Counted from the first letter of the stretch, positions 13,563 through 27,404 are shown. The stretch is 64,000 bases of DNA from Eledone cirrhosa (GCA_964016885.1 OZ024758.1:18476001-18540000), one strand, 5' to 3'. Notes: generated from the letters alone by a model not told the origin. A program made the numbers and translations.

Positions 13563-14714
13563 GATAATAATTGATATTTAAATAGACTCCTTCCTAAATT
13601 ATTCTTGCGAAAATTATTCTGGCGAAAATCCTTCCTTCAAAGCCATACATGTTATAATTTAGTAAGACGACTTAGCAGACATTTTGGCATTCGATAACTA
13701 TAGTATGGATATGTGGACGGTTGGATGGATGGATAGATTGATCATTGCATACACACATCGAATAAAAATACATCTTCACCATGCTACCCTTTCGTTATAT
13801 TCCTTCGTCAATATGCTCTCTTATCGTAATATTTCTTTCTCTGTATCTGTTGCCCTGTAATTATTTTTTCTGTTTACATATCTCAGCATTTCTCTCTTCC
13901 ATTCATTCGTTGTCCATTTAAACATACATCCACAACTACATTGTTATACGTGTACAATCTCTCTCGGACGATTACATTTAAATTGCATTTCGTTCAATTA
14001 ATGTCTTTACATTAAAACTCTTTTCTTTACAACTGAGCATCATGTTGTTTTAAAGAAATCCCTAAACTCACAAATAATGAATAAGTTAAAAATTACAAAT
14101 CTGTTTTAATTTCCGAGCGTTAATAATATAAATCATGTCAATACATTTAATTCTGTGACATTTCCACCATTGTTATCACGTCGCACACTAGCATCATTTT
14201 CCGTCATCGATGAAAATGTATTCCTATATATTTTTGTTTTTTGCATTTTCAACATTATTTCATTAAAATATTTTTCACTAATCAATATAATCGATTATGA
14301 GACAATAAAATACGAACATTTTTTGTCAATTTCATAAAAGAATAATACACATAATCATGAACATCAGACCACGTTGGAGGGGTATATTTGATGAAAGATT
14401 ATAATGGAATAAGACTAGTTATCAGTGAGATTGTAATTCAAAACTTAAAGCGAATTAATTGGATGGTGAAATACATTATAATCAGTACTCTGTCTTCAAC
14501 TTACTTATATATCCGTTTATACTCATCTTCTCAAATGTTGAGTCCATAATATCAGACTTAATAATTATTTTACTATCTTCTTGGGGATTCCATAAGACTG
14601 TAAATATCTTTATCAGGCAGTGACGGTCCACAGAATCAAAGGGCATCCTAAAGTCAATGAAGCCATACTGTAGGAAGGCACTTTGTTCTGGCTCCTTCTA
14701 ATATCCTCCTCAGC

Positions 14715-14975
14715 TCGAAAGTGACACAGAGGAGACTGAGGTTAGCTGGATATGCTAACAGACATCCAGAATTGACACTGCACTTAGTGCTCCTGTGGGA
14801 GCTCCTGCATGGACACGCTGGAAGAGGAAGACCTAGGTTAACATATTTTGATGCCCTAAGGACAGACACTGGCGTATTGGAGGCGCAGGACATGACACCG
14901 ATAATGAGAAACAGAGACCGCTGGAGAGAACTCGTCCATGGATCTCGAAATTTACCCGCCCTAGATAGATAGATA
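14715..14975 (+). mobile_element. 5'-truncated RTE-like LINE 3' end
   Basis: KVTQRRLRLAGYANRHPE...LLWE..HGHAGRGRPRLTYFDAL...RDRWRELV, followed by a (taga)n tail. Same family as 48170-48552. Confidence 0.85.
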
Positions 14976-15841
14976 ATTATTTCAATCTGCTCCATAATCT
15001 ATCGATCGGTACCTGACGAATCTGTAAATTAAGATACTAAATGGCAAATTATTTAATACACTCGTTTACGACGTCCATTCCATTAAAATAAATTATACAA
15101 GTACATACACTGGAAAGACGTCTTTGGTCCAGGTCGCTGAGCAATAATTCAACAGAGTACGGAGTGGATACACCCAACCCAAGATCACCAGTGATAAAGA
15201 CACTCAAGACAAACAACCGAAGAAAAGGGGATGCTAACCGTTTTTTTTATGCAGAAGGGAATTATTTTAGTGGAAACATTACTGCAAACGCAGTATAATT
15301 TTTAAAAGAAATTGCCGAATCGAAAAATAGCTATCAATGATATTAAACATACTGGAAGTGTGTAGGCATTTTAAGATTTATATCTCATCACATTAAATTG
15401 GAAAATTTATCGTGTGTCGATGCTTACAAATATCCCTATTGAGATGCATTTTACGTGCATTCATTCACTTACCTTTGAGGAAAAAGCTAACGTACTATTT
15501 GTAGATTTATCTCAAATATACTGACTTGTTTTAGAAAAATGCGTTTTATGGGATGCTTATTATATGCGCGAGACGAATTGCAGCGCTTTAGTGCACTTAA
15601 TGTGAAAGTATTAAAGGGCGTGAAAAATGCCACACTGGACTAATGTTTAAATATTAAGATATCTTTAAATCTACGTTAATGGGTGTATGTTTTCGAATTA
15701 TCACAAGATAACTGCGATCCTATGAGGCAGTTAAGATCATATAAATAGAAGTGTGCATGCACAGAATCTAATGGTTGCATTTATGAATACGTTTACTTGG
15801 CATGTGTGTATTTATCTCTATATATGAGCGGTTATATGTTT

Positions 15842-15964
<123 letters not shown>

Positions 15965-15999
15965 CATACTTATATACGTATGTATGTGTATATATTTAT

Positions 16000-16050
<51 letters not shown>

Positions 16051-16112
16051 ATATATATATATAAATACATATACGTATGTATTTATGTGTGTGTGTGTAT
16101 ATATATATGTTA

Positions 16113-16150
<38 letters not shown>

Positions 16151-16186
16151 GTATGTATTTATGTGTGTGTGTATATATATATGTTA

Positions 16187-16281
<95 letters not shown>

Positions 16282-16314
16282 TACATATATGCCTATGTAT
16301 GTATGCATATGTGA

Positions 16315-16380
<66 letters not shown>

Positions 16381-16902
16381 CTATAAATTTAGAGTGCCGG
16401 GAGTGTATGTATAAATCCAGATATGTCTCATAATATATAATTAAAATAAGGATTAAATACTTTGAAACACTTACGCACTGGTCAATTTGGTTGCCCTCAT
16501 GATGGTATTAAATCAAGCAATGACAGAGCCACACGCTTAATGGTAATCTTATGTCAATATGCTCAGAGGAACACGAATGAATGAGAGAAGAATGCCTTTG
16601 CCTGGATTATTTTTGTAGAGTGTTAATTGTGGGAAGCCATATAGAAATGTCCACACAGGGGAGAGCAGAGAGGATTGATTGATATAAGAGGCTGTGGTGA
16701 ATGAAATTTGACAAGAGGAGGGAATTTTTGCTGGCAGTTGCTTTGTTGTATGCTTCAAGCGTCTTGTTAAATAATCGATTATATAACTAAAACATATGTA
16801 TATATATATGAAGTATACACACACACATATATATGCGTGTGTACGGTTGTGTATCTGTATTTGTGCGTATGGTTGTATATAAACATACATATACACACAC
16901 AT

Positions 16903-16956
<54 letters not shown>

Positions 16957-17090
16957 TAGTGTATGAATGAACATTGCACACATTCACCGCACAGAGGTCG
17001 ATGACGATCGTCTTGGATTTACCATTATTCCTTAGACATCAGTCGGTCTTTATCACTAATTATTGAACGTAATATACCTATATATATATG

Positions 17091-17135
<45 letters not shown>

Positions 17136-17357
17136 ATGTTTATATACAATCATACGCACAAATACAGATACACAACCGTACACACATATATATATATATT
17201 ATATATATATATATATATATTAGAAAGTGAGGTTTTTTTTACAAAATGAAAAATAACCGAGGTGTCCTACACGAGTGGAAGTATAAAGAAAAAGGGATGA
17301 AATCGAAAATGCAACTGAAGTCTTATTTTTTTAAAAGATATATATATTTATTTGGTT

Positions 17358-17395
17358 CCTTTACCGGTTTCGCAGTTCTTCTGCTTTTCAAAAGG
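17358..17395 (-). ncRNA. Minimal type I hammerhead ribozyme, U3-A8 core (family G)
   Basis: Exact reverse complement of 17542-17579. Confidence 0.75.
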
Positions 17396-17541
17396 TGAGT
17401 TGAGATGGAGGGTCTGTGGTTTTTCTCACATCTGGTTGGTCTCTAAATGTTACTTGTTTTACCGCTTTTTCCATATAAAACAAGTAACATTTAGAGACCA
17501 ACCAGATGTGAGAAAAACCACAGACCCTCCATCTCAACTCA

Positions 17542-17579
17542 CCTTTTGAAAAGCAGAAGAACTGCGAAACCGGTAAAGG
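17542..17579 (+). ncRNA. Minimal type I hammerhead ribozyme, U3-A8 core (family G)
   Basis: CCUU-UUGAAAA-GCAG(aagaa)CUGC-GAA-ACCGGU-A-AAGG: 4-bp stem I, 4-bp stem II, palindromic stem III, GUA cleavage site. Confidence 0.78.
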
Positions 17580-17648
17580 AACCAAATAAATATATATATC
17601 TTTTAAAAAAATAAGACTTCAGTTGCATTTTCGATTTCATCCCTTTTT

Positions 17649-17727
<79 letters not shown>

Positions 17728-17729
17728 AC

Positions 17730-17776
<47 letters not shown>

Positions 17777-17885
17777 CATTGCCAGAGAACGTCTCCATGA
17801 ACCACCTAAGAAATTATTAGTCTACGACTTCTTTATACCATAAACGTGGTTCTGTCTTTGCTTGTAATTGTTTTTCACCGCTCCA

Positions 17886-17957
17886 AATAATTGTTTCTAC
17901 TTTAGCCACAAGGCCTGCAATTACCCAGTGCATTACTGGTACTTTATTTTATCGACC
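17886..17957 (-). mobile_element. SINE S1 3' fragment
   Basis: taattgtttctac...ctggtactttattttatcgacc. Confidence 0.8.
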
Positions 17958-18164
17958 TCTCCAAATAATGACGTATTATATTCATTTTTACCCATTCTTT
18001 GCCAGGGAACGTTTTCACGTACCAAAGTATCTGCTTCCTGTCTTCCTCAGGTTGCAACGTTTTTTGAAATTATCACTTCTGTGTTTACAGATTGACTTTG
18101 TTAGTTTCAGAAGATCCCGTTAAGGGTGAAAGCAGCAATTCTTTGCTTAAACTTTAATCTGTTA

Positions 18165-18248
<84 letters not shown>

Positions 18249-18454
18249 CTGAAGTTGCAGCCTAACAATCATTTTCAATAATATATACTTTATTATTATA
18301 TAATAGTGAATTATGATAAATTAGATATTAAATTCTCTGGGAGAATTCATGAATCAAAATTGTCTAATTCCAAATCTATTTGATTAATTAAAGCTACGGA
18401 ATTGAATGCATATCTTCACCGAAGATATGTAAAATCTAACTGCGCTACATGTGG

Positions 18455-18585
<131 letters not shown>

Positions 18586-18984
18586 AACATTCCTCTTCCA
18601 GTAATTATATGTGATAGACCTTTTCATTTGTTGATTCCACGATAATCAAACGAATTCCCAATATTATGCGATCACTTTAATATCATTACCGGACCCCATT
18701 ATAGATGCACTTGACAATAAATGAAAGTTACACAACAATAAATTATATTTTATGTTCAATCTTTCCCTCTCACTGCCGTCGTTATAAAATTGGAACTCGA
18801 TTATCTTGTGAATGGCTTTAAGAATGGAATAGCAATAGCACACCGATGATGAAATGGAATTTTACTCATTAATCTTATTGCATACAGAGCATTTTACAAA
18901 TAACTCTCTCTCTCTACCTACCTCTCTCCCCCTCTCACTCTCTCTATCTCTCTCTCTCTTAACATATATGTATGTGTGAGTGTA

Positions 18985-19054
<70 letters not shown>

Positions 19055-19454
19055 AATAGTTTGAACCGCTCCCTCTTTCTCTCTACACTCTTATATATAT
19101 ACACATATATATATATCTATATGTATATTTATATATATATATTTATAACTATAATATCTTAGAGTAATTTAAAAATATAAATATATATATGTGTATATAA
19201 TATTATATAATAATTTGAACGCATACATATAAATATACATAGGCAGAGAGAGAGAGAGAGAGAGAGAGGGTGAGGGGGAGGAGGAGGAATCGATAGATTA
19301 CTATAAATTAATGCCTGTTATAGAACTTTTTAAATATGAATTCCATATATTCTATCAAACCTATTACAATATAATTTGAATAAAAACAAATATATAATTA
19401 TATGTTAACAGAATATTTGGATTGGCAATATCCGTAGATACTGCAAAGAATTAA

Positions 19455-19575
19455 GGCCCTTGCCATTCTGAGTTCTGATTTTAACTTTGCCTTTCATCCC
19501 TACGGGATCGATAATATAAAGTACCAGTAATACACTGGTTTAATTGCTGGCCTTTTGCCTAAAAGTAGAAACAAT

Positions 19576-19578
<3 letters not shown>
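19455..19578 (+). mobile_element. SINE S1 3' part
   Basis: aactttgcctttcatccc...aaagtaccagtaatacactgg...gtagaaacaatt. Confidence 0.8.
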
Positions 19579-19622
<44 letters not shown>

Positions 19623-19624
<2 letters not shown>

Positions 19625-19816
19625 CGAAGGAAATGTGGTAAGGAACCAGGTGGACCATAACCCGCCAAAATACTCAATACTTAGGGTAGTAGAGTGGGTA
19701 ATAGGAACAAGTAAGGCCCCGACGGCTGAGATCAAGCCGTCTCGACGGCTAATTCTGGACTGAATTAGCCGTCGAAACTGTTTGAGCTCAGCCGTCGGGG
19801 TCTTACTTGTTCCTAT
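19623..19816 (-). mobile_element. Family C asymmetric palindrome
   Basis: Fold-back centred at ~19759, long arm on minus, TA flanks. Confidence 0.85.
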
Positions 19817-19838
19817 ATATATATATATATATATATAT

Positions 19839-20036
19839 GAAAAGAGTCAAGACCCTGACGCCTAAGCTCCGGCCTTTTCGACAGCTAGATCCGAATGTTT
19901 GGATCTAGCTGTCGAAACGGACGGCGCTCAGCCGTCAGGGTCTTCACTCTTTTCCTATTACCCACTCTAGTACCCTTAGTTTCGAGTACTCTGGTACGTT
20001 ATTGTCCACCTGGTTCCTTTCCGCACTTTCTTTGTT
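19839..20036 (+). mobile_element. Family C (diverged subfamily) asymmetric palindrome
   Basis: Fold-back centred at ~19897. The long arm on plus ends ...cctggttcctttccgcactttc. Confidence 0.8.
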
Positions 20037-20416
20037 TTATATATATATTTTTATATATACATATAAATTTATCGTATCGTTCGGCTCCTTAGTGCAGAAC
20101 TTAATACATATTAAAATTAACAACCCACATGAGTGGTAATCATCTTCATATTAATAAGTTCATTTGAAGAAACTACTATTAGTGGTAAGATATATACGCG
20201 CTCAGTTAATTATTACACTTCTGTTTACTTCGATGATTTGCACATCTTATGACGAGAAGCCAACTTCAATAAAGGAATTACTCATATTCGGCATACCGCC
20301 ATGTCTATAAAATCACGGAGTAAATTTGTATCATACAAACATTTAACAAGACTCGTTTTCCTGTACTTTATATTCACTCAAATATAAATGATTACTATAA
20401 ACAGCGCACGTGTTCA

Positions 20417-20495
<79 letters not shown>

Positions 20496-20595
20496 TATAC
20501 ACTTCGTTTGTCAGACATTTGTACATTATTAAATTTATTGTAAATGTATATTTTACGAAATGTAGTACACCTGAGTACTGTAGGCAATTATTTTC

Positions 20596-20646
<51 letters not shown>

Positions 20647-20732
20647 AATGAAATGTATTGTGTACGGTACTCAGGTGCACTATATCTCATCAACGATACA
20701 TGTATAGTATATATATATATTTATATATAAAC

Positions 20733-20791
20733 ACATATCTGAGGAGCTTCCCTACCTCGAGCTGATCGACTGTGAAACATATGTAATATGT
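20733..20791 (+). ncRNA. Type I hammerhead-like motif at the start of a TA-flanked insert (20730-20955)
   Basis: Stem I acatat/atatgt, CUGAGGA, GAA, palindromic stem III acatatgt, GUA site. Stem II is poorly paired. Confidence 0.55.
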
Positions 20792-20951
20792 AATTCAATA
20801 CATATATGAAGCAACACTTTTTGCTTTGTTCCCTTATATTTTATACTTATTGATTCTCTGCTCCCCACGAACATCGACTGCTCATCTTGGCATACCACCT
20901 ACGGATCTAATTAACTTACACCTCTAATACCCCCATCCCTCTCATTCTCTC

Positions 20952-20994
<43 letters not shown>

Positions 20995-21240
20995 CAGTAT
21001 TTACGTATGGAGAGTGAGAAAAAAAAGCGGAGGATAGGTGATACATATAGTTATTTGCCAAGTAGCGTATGCCAAAGGTGATCGATTCTAGTGCCGCAGT
21101 ATTAAATATTCGAAGTGTTAATATTTAGTGGGCTAGAGAGTTAGCAGAGCGTAAGCACGTGGGAAAGTAAGAAATCGGAGAATAGTCCGTTAAAACATGT
21201 TTATTTAAAACATCACACACGCACACACATATATATATAT

Positions 21241-21418
21241 TTAATATAGAAAGGCTTCTACAGAACTAGAAATGTTTCATTCGGGAGAATTCATCGATGG
21301 TTTCTCCCGAATGAAACAGTCTAGTCCTTTAGAAGCCTTTCTATATAAAATATTTATACTCTGCTTTCTTTTGAGCACCTTACTTACTGTGGTTACCCCC
21401 GATTGGAACCCGGGACAG

Positions 21419-21421
<3 letters not shown>
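21241..21421 (+). mobile_element. Family D asymmetric palindrome
   Basis: Arms 21245-21290 and 21302-21347 plus a ~75-bp extension. Degenerate HHR on minus (cgatga-attc-tccc-gaat-gaaa). Confidence 0.75.
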
Positions 21422-21485
<64 letters not shown>

Positions 21486-22466
21486 GAAAGGTATAGAAAA
21501 CATTGTAGCAAAAAGCCAACAGTATTCCATAATATATAAGTGACTATAGTGTCAAAATGGGAAAAATAGTTAACGTAAGATGTGGGAAAAATAATTCAAA
21601 CTCAACTCAAAGAGAATCAGGATATAGATTCATCCACAGAATTTAGTGAAATCCAGGGAAAAAGCAATCGAGCCTTAGCTCATGATAAAATAAAGTTTTA
21701 AATACTCATCCTTCAATTTAGAAAAACTTCAAATGCTCTGTATAGTCTTAAATACTATTTCAAGAACATTTTCAGTGGAGATGGTCACGGGTGGATTTCG
21801 ATCCTCAGCAGAGCTCAACTCCATATATATCTATATGCGTGTGTGAGTGGGTGTGTCTGTCTGTGTGTGCAAACTGAAATGAATTCTAAAGGGCATTTCA
21901 GAGCTCTATACAAGACAGTAAAGCAGCTTTCTTTCTTAATTTTCCATAGCCATCCTCCAACCTTTTCTATATATCTTAAAAAGTGTGCAATGCGTGGTAA
22001 TAAAGAATCAATTATACAAAACACGAAGCTTATATAGCTTAAGAGAAAAATCGACTGATGCAAGTTTGAAACAAACACAGACATACAGACACATGCAATG
22101 AAACACGCACAGCATCAAGCATACACATGTGTATCTGTTTATCTCTATATCTGTATGTCTGGGATTGCTTGTCTATGACTGCAGGTGTCCCTGTTTCTTT
22201 GTTAGAAGTACATGTATATCAATGTGTTCAATTGAAATTGATCTCAAATACATAATATTTCTATTTGTCTTACATTAAAACACACACTTATTTCTCTCTT
22301 TTCCCTCTCATACATACACTCCTCTCTCTCTACCTATCCCTCCTTACATACATACAAACATATTTTACAATGATTCCAATCTTGATAACGTTGGAATATA
22401 AAACGCAAAATATGAATGTAAAAATAAATACGGTTGATTACTAAAAAAGGTAGCGTTGAAAATCGG

Positions 22467-22503
<37 letters not shown>

Positions 22504-22763
22504 CCAACAGTAATGGTTGCATTCTTTAAGGGTATGTCAATATTTATTTATAAAACTGATCTATATTGTATTTTATCTCATGAAAGCACACCATAATTTA
22601 ACTTAGTGTCCTTGAAATATGTATCATGAAATAAATATGGTTTTATAAATATAGATTCCATTTGTTAATATCCTATTTTTACTCCAAAAATTTGTTGAGT
22701 GCTTTATATCATTTATACAAATATTTGCTTGTCGTATCCCAACAATTTAAATAGAACTGTTAC
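22504..22763 (+). mobile_element. Family A single copy with degenerate HHR (ctcatga)
   Basis: Colinear with the 1170-1416 and 2510-2670 arms. TA flanks. Confidence 0.8.
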
Positions 22764-22764
22764 A

Positions 22765-22861
<97 letters not shown>

Positions 22862-22950
22862 ATATATAGAATAGGATGGGTGTGTAGTTGGTAGTTAAGT
22901 TAGACTTAAACATGGAATGAGAAGAATTCCATATATATATATATATATAT

Positions 22951-23166
22951 AGAAGTAGTTCCACAACGGTTAGTTCACCATACCGAGAACAATTTGTTTC
23001 ACCTTATTCGGATCCTAAATATCCGAAGGAGCTGAGGTTACGAATAAGACGAAACAATAATTATCGGTATGGTGAACTAACTGTTGTCGAGCTACACCTA
23101 CCGAACTCGTCCCATGGACTGAGTGCTTTAATACTACGCATATAACCCATCAATGTTCTAGTATTA
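22951..23166 (+). mobile_element. Family E asymmetric palindrome
   Basis: Matches 41033-41248. Inverted arms gttagttcaccataccga/tcggtatggtgaactaac. HHR-like ctgaggt...gaaac. Confidence 0.8.
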
Positions 23167-23182
23167 TATATATGTGTCTATG

Positions 23183-23235
<53 letters not shown>

Positions 23236-23246
23236 TATAAATATTT

Positions 23247-23277
<31 letters not shown>

Positions 23278-23282
23278 ATATA

Positions 23283-23637
23283 CAATTATATTAAATAAAT
23301 GGAAGCTATATTTATAAAACCATATTTAATTTATTATATATATTTCAAGGGCGCCTAGACACATTGGTACGCTTTCATCAGATATAGTACAACGTTTGTT
23401 TTATAAATAGAGAATTACCCACTCTACAAACTTTGAATTGTATCTAATGAAAGCTTACCAATGTTTCTTGGCGCCCTCGAAATATATATATAATAAAATA
23501 AATATGTTTTTATAAATATAGTTTCCATTTATTTAATATCATTGAATATTTACTCCAGTTAACTGTTGAGTGCTCTAAAGCAGTTATAAACATTTATAGT
23601 TGTTGGACTTCCAACAAATTAAATACACCTTCTACTT
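23283..23637 (+). mobile_element. Family A (subfamily) asymmetric inverted pair
   Basis: HHR core intact on minus (tcatcag at 23375-23381) and mutated on plus (ctaatga). The long arm is on plus. Confidence 0.8.
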
Positions 23638-26109
23638 ATATATATATATAATAAATAAGCTGACCAAAGTACTAAGGAATTACATCAACCAGGCCATGAC
23701 AAACCGGAATATTTCGATATCGTTTAAAAATTATAGATAGTTAAAACCCATTCGTGTACATATATGTAGTGTGTTTCTCCAAATGAACTCATTATTCCCG
23801 CTACATTTAGTTGCCTACGCATCTCATTAACGAACTAGCTGAATGAAATGGTACAGGTGCTATAGACTAACTATAAGCTAACACTTCGATATATATGATC
23901 TGAAAATATATATATGGATAATACGTGATGTAAAAACATCAACATATTTCATATATTCTGCTATAACAAAGCAAGTCTATTGGATTTATGAAAGTAACTA
24001 AGGCTGCTAGAAAAGAACGAATATTACGTGGAATTGAGAATATTATGTTTGACATAGTTACCGAAATCAAATCATGAAACCTGAACCGCCTCTGAAAATG
24101 CTTAGAACGGAAAGAACATAGACAAATAGAGTAAACAGAAATAAAGAGAACAATTAGGAAATAGTCCTGAGAATGATCTAATCTAATAAACAATAACACA
24201 AAAGATAAGAAAAAGCAACTCCATCTATAATTTACAATGTTAGTATAATCCATTGGGCGTGTAGTGGATGGAAAACATTTTTAAGAGCAAAATCTCTCTT
24301 CTAGTCTTATCAACCTCCACTTTTCAGAAACTAACAATATACAGATAAATGGGAAGCTGATTATAGTAACTTACATTATAGTACTTACATATATAATAAG
24401 CGAGAAATTATTTTCTCCGGTCAAATTCTCCCCGAATAAGGCAACAATACAAAACGAGTGTAATATTTTGTAGAAGCAAAAAGTTGATTTCAAATATTTA
24501 TAGCAGTTAAATAATGCGCCAATTATCCAATTTGGCATTTCTATATTTGGAATTATACACAACTAACTTTGTAAAACAACGTTAACGGACAGCATATATG
24601 GCTTTTTTTCATAAAATCAAGATAATAATTTCTGTAAATATTGTTTTGGGTATTATCATACATGAAATCGAATAACTGCATGCATGATAACTTGTTCTTC
24701 CGTAATGTTAAATAAATATTACTGGTGTGTTTATCGAACAATCAATAAAAAATCGTAATAATGATTTTATAGTATGAGAAGGGCCTACAATTAAATGAGG
24801 ACGTAAAGAAAACCCAAGGTTATAAATATAACAATTTTATTCTGAATAACTGTAAATAAAAACTTAATTGTATCTCATCACCCCCTCCCTCTGTTAAATG
24901 ACAAATCAACACATTTCTGATATGCTGATCACCTAATCAATAAACTTAACAAAAAGAAACGTAATACAATTTAAAAGGAAACACATTTCATGTCCATGAG
25001 TATGAACCAAAAATAGAAGTAAAATTTGTCCTAACATTGTGAGCTTTAAAATGTATTTCAATGTAGTGCGAAAGAAAAAAAAAACAGACATTAGGAATGC
25101 AGACAAAAGTATATTAAGCGAATTAGTATTCATGCAACATTATATTTTCCTGAATTATTGGCGGGTGGTTAGCGTTGACGTTTCGCAAATGGAGAATACG
25201 TGCTAGAGATAATGACTAGTTGAATAGCAGGACTTCTTTAATACTATGCCCCTTCGGTGATGTAGAATTATAAGCCATGAAATGGATACATATATTACTA
25301 TAGAATGTTGTTGAAGACGAGCATATCGATGTGTAATGCATAATATGTTGATTATATCTCTGTTACGGCAAGAACTCAATCCAGCATTGAATTTGACGGG
25401 AACTTTGAATCACGTTAATCCGCTCTATTCTGTGTACCATTACTAGTTGTTCCTAATTTAAAAAAAAAAGAATGCGCATAAAATGTAATATCTATGTTTC
25501 AAACGTGAAAGCTCTTCGTGGGGAAATAATCTGTATTGCAGATAAGATTTCCAATTTGTGCAGATATAATATCCAAAATAATATTTTAAATGTTATCTGA
25601 TATTTTGTGGAAACGTGCTATATGGAATACGAACTGGAAATAAAAATATGACGGTTATATACTTATCCAACAGAGGATGTAGTGCTGATGATAAAGCCTA
25701 TCACACTATCTTCAATTCGGTATTTATTCCTGCCCTTAGCTATGGTTATGATTCTTAGGTAAAGACCGAAAACTAGAGACGGAAGAAATGACATCCTTAC
25801 GAAGGGTTTTGGAATAACGTTACTTAATAGAGTGCTTGACTTGGAAATCAGGTACTTGATCAAGTATCGCAGTTCCGTTTTTGAAGAAGTATGGTTAGCA
25901 TGCATATGGATAGAATCGGTACGCAGGTTTTATAGGCGAAGCTACCTGGTAGGAGACTCAGGATAGTCTCAGTAAGCCATCCAGAAGGATCGATAGGAGA
26001 TCCGTGCACATTTGGGAAGGCGTGTGGGTGGCATCGGATCCCACGACCACGCTAGGAATAAATAGTTTCCGTTGGTCTTCCAGTTTCTAGTAGTATCTAT
26101 CGGTTGCAA

Positions 26110-26488
<379 letters not shown>

Positions 26489-26500
26489 ATATATATATAT

Positions 26501-26648
26501 AAGTAGAAGAGGTATTTAATATGTTTGAAGTCCGACAAATATAAATGTATATAACTGATTTAGAGCACTCAACAGTTTCTGGAGTAAATATTCAATGATA
26601 TTAAATAAATGGAAATTATATATATAAAACCATATTTATTTTATTATA
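26501..26648 (-). mobile_element. Family A 3' segment, truncated at about the HHR cleavage site
   Basis: Reverse complement of ~23488-23637. Confidence 0.75.
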
Positions 26649-26969
26649 GACTATCCAGTGAATTTCCAAGATGCTAAGATAGAATACAGGGGTAGATTAG
26701 AGAACATAGAAATAAAAATAGAATCCACACACAGAAAAGATGCAATGTTTAGGCAAATTACAGAGGCAGTAAGCATAAAAGAATTACAACCAAAATTAAA
26801 TAGAAAATATGAGTGGAACAGCAAGATCACAACTTACAATTAAGGACAAAATGAAAACACACACAGGACAAAATGAAAACACACACACACATAGAACAAA
26901 CAAGCAACCAACAATAAATAAATAAATAAATAAACAAATAGATAAATGAACACATACACACACAGATAC

Positions 26970-27027
26970 CCGGATGTGGCGCATGCGCAAACTGAGCACA
27001 CAACACACACACAGAAACAAAATGGCG
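26970..27027 (+). promoter_or_regulatory. Candidate internal promoter of the pLTR (ETS-like, NRF1-like and YY1-like motifs)
   Basis: ccggatgt at 26970-26977, gcgcatgcgc at 26979-26988, aaaatggcg at 27019-27027. aaaatggcgtag is also kept in the diverged relative at ~8396-8407. Confidence 0.4.
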
Positions 27028-27072
27028 TAGGATAGAAGAAAGGAAAGGCACAGAACAAAGAGAGGAATCCCC

Positions 27073-27117
27073 AGTCACTGAAGAGGTCACAGAGTGTGTG
27101 ACGAAAGGATTATGACT
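27073..27117 (+). ncRNA. Minimal type I hammerhead ribozyme in PLE 3' UTR
   Basis: Stem I agtca/tgact, CUGAAGA at 27078-27084, one extra G, stem II gtcaca/tgtgac, GAAA at 27103-27106, very short stem III, UUA site. Confidence 0.7.
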
Positions 27118-27360
27118 ATATATAAACAACTATCTAGTTGTGGAACCAACCAACCAGAAATTTATAAGTTTGTAGATTTGTAAATTTATAAATTTATAAA
27201 TATATAATAAATTGAAGTGAAAGCAACTGGTGCGTGTGTTTCTTATTGGCAACATGACCCCCCCAAAGTATAACAATATCAGTTTCAACACACGATTTCA
27301 GATAAAGAATCTTGCTAAACAAATTCAGAAACGAAATATATATATATATATATATATATG

Positions 27361-27404
<44 letters not shown>

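Larger units (their letters stand above)
17221..17655 (-). mobile_element. Family G asymmetric near-perfect palindrome with two HHRs
   Basis: Arms 17282-17461 and 17476-17655. The left arm has ~60 extra bp. TA flanks. Confidence 0.85.
26650..27336 (+). mobile_element. 5'-truncated Penelope-like element: GIY-YIG C-terminus plus 3' UTR/pLTR (source of family B)
   Basis: ORF remnant 26658-26843 has RQITEAVSIKELQPKLNRKYE, matching the R.I.EA..I....P.LN..E end of PLE endonucleases (compare RIKEALII...PPINNRLE at 46.4 kb). The 3' UTR has an HHR and ends in (TA)n. Confidence 0.8.
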
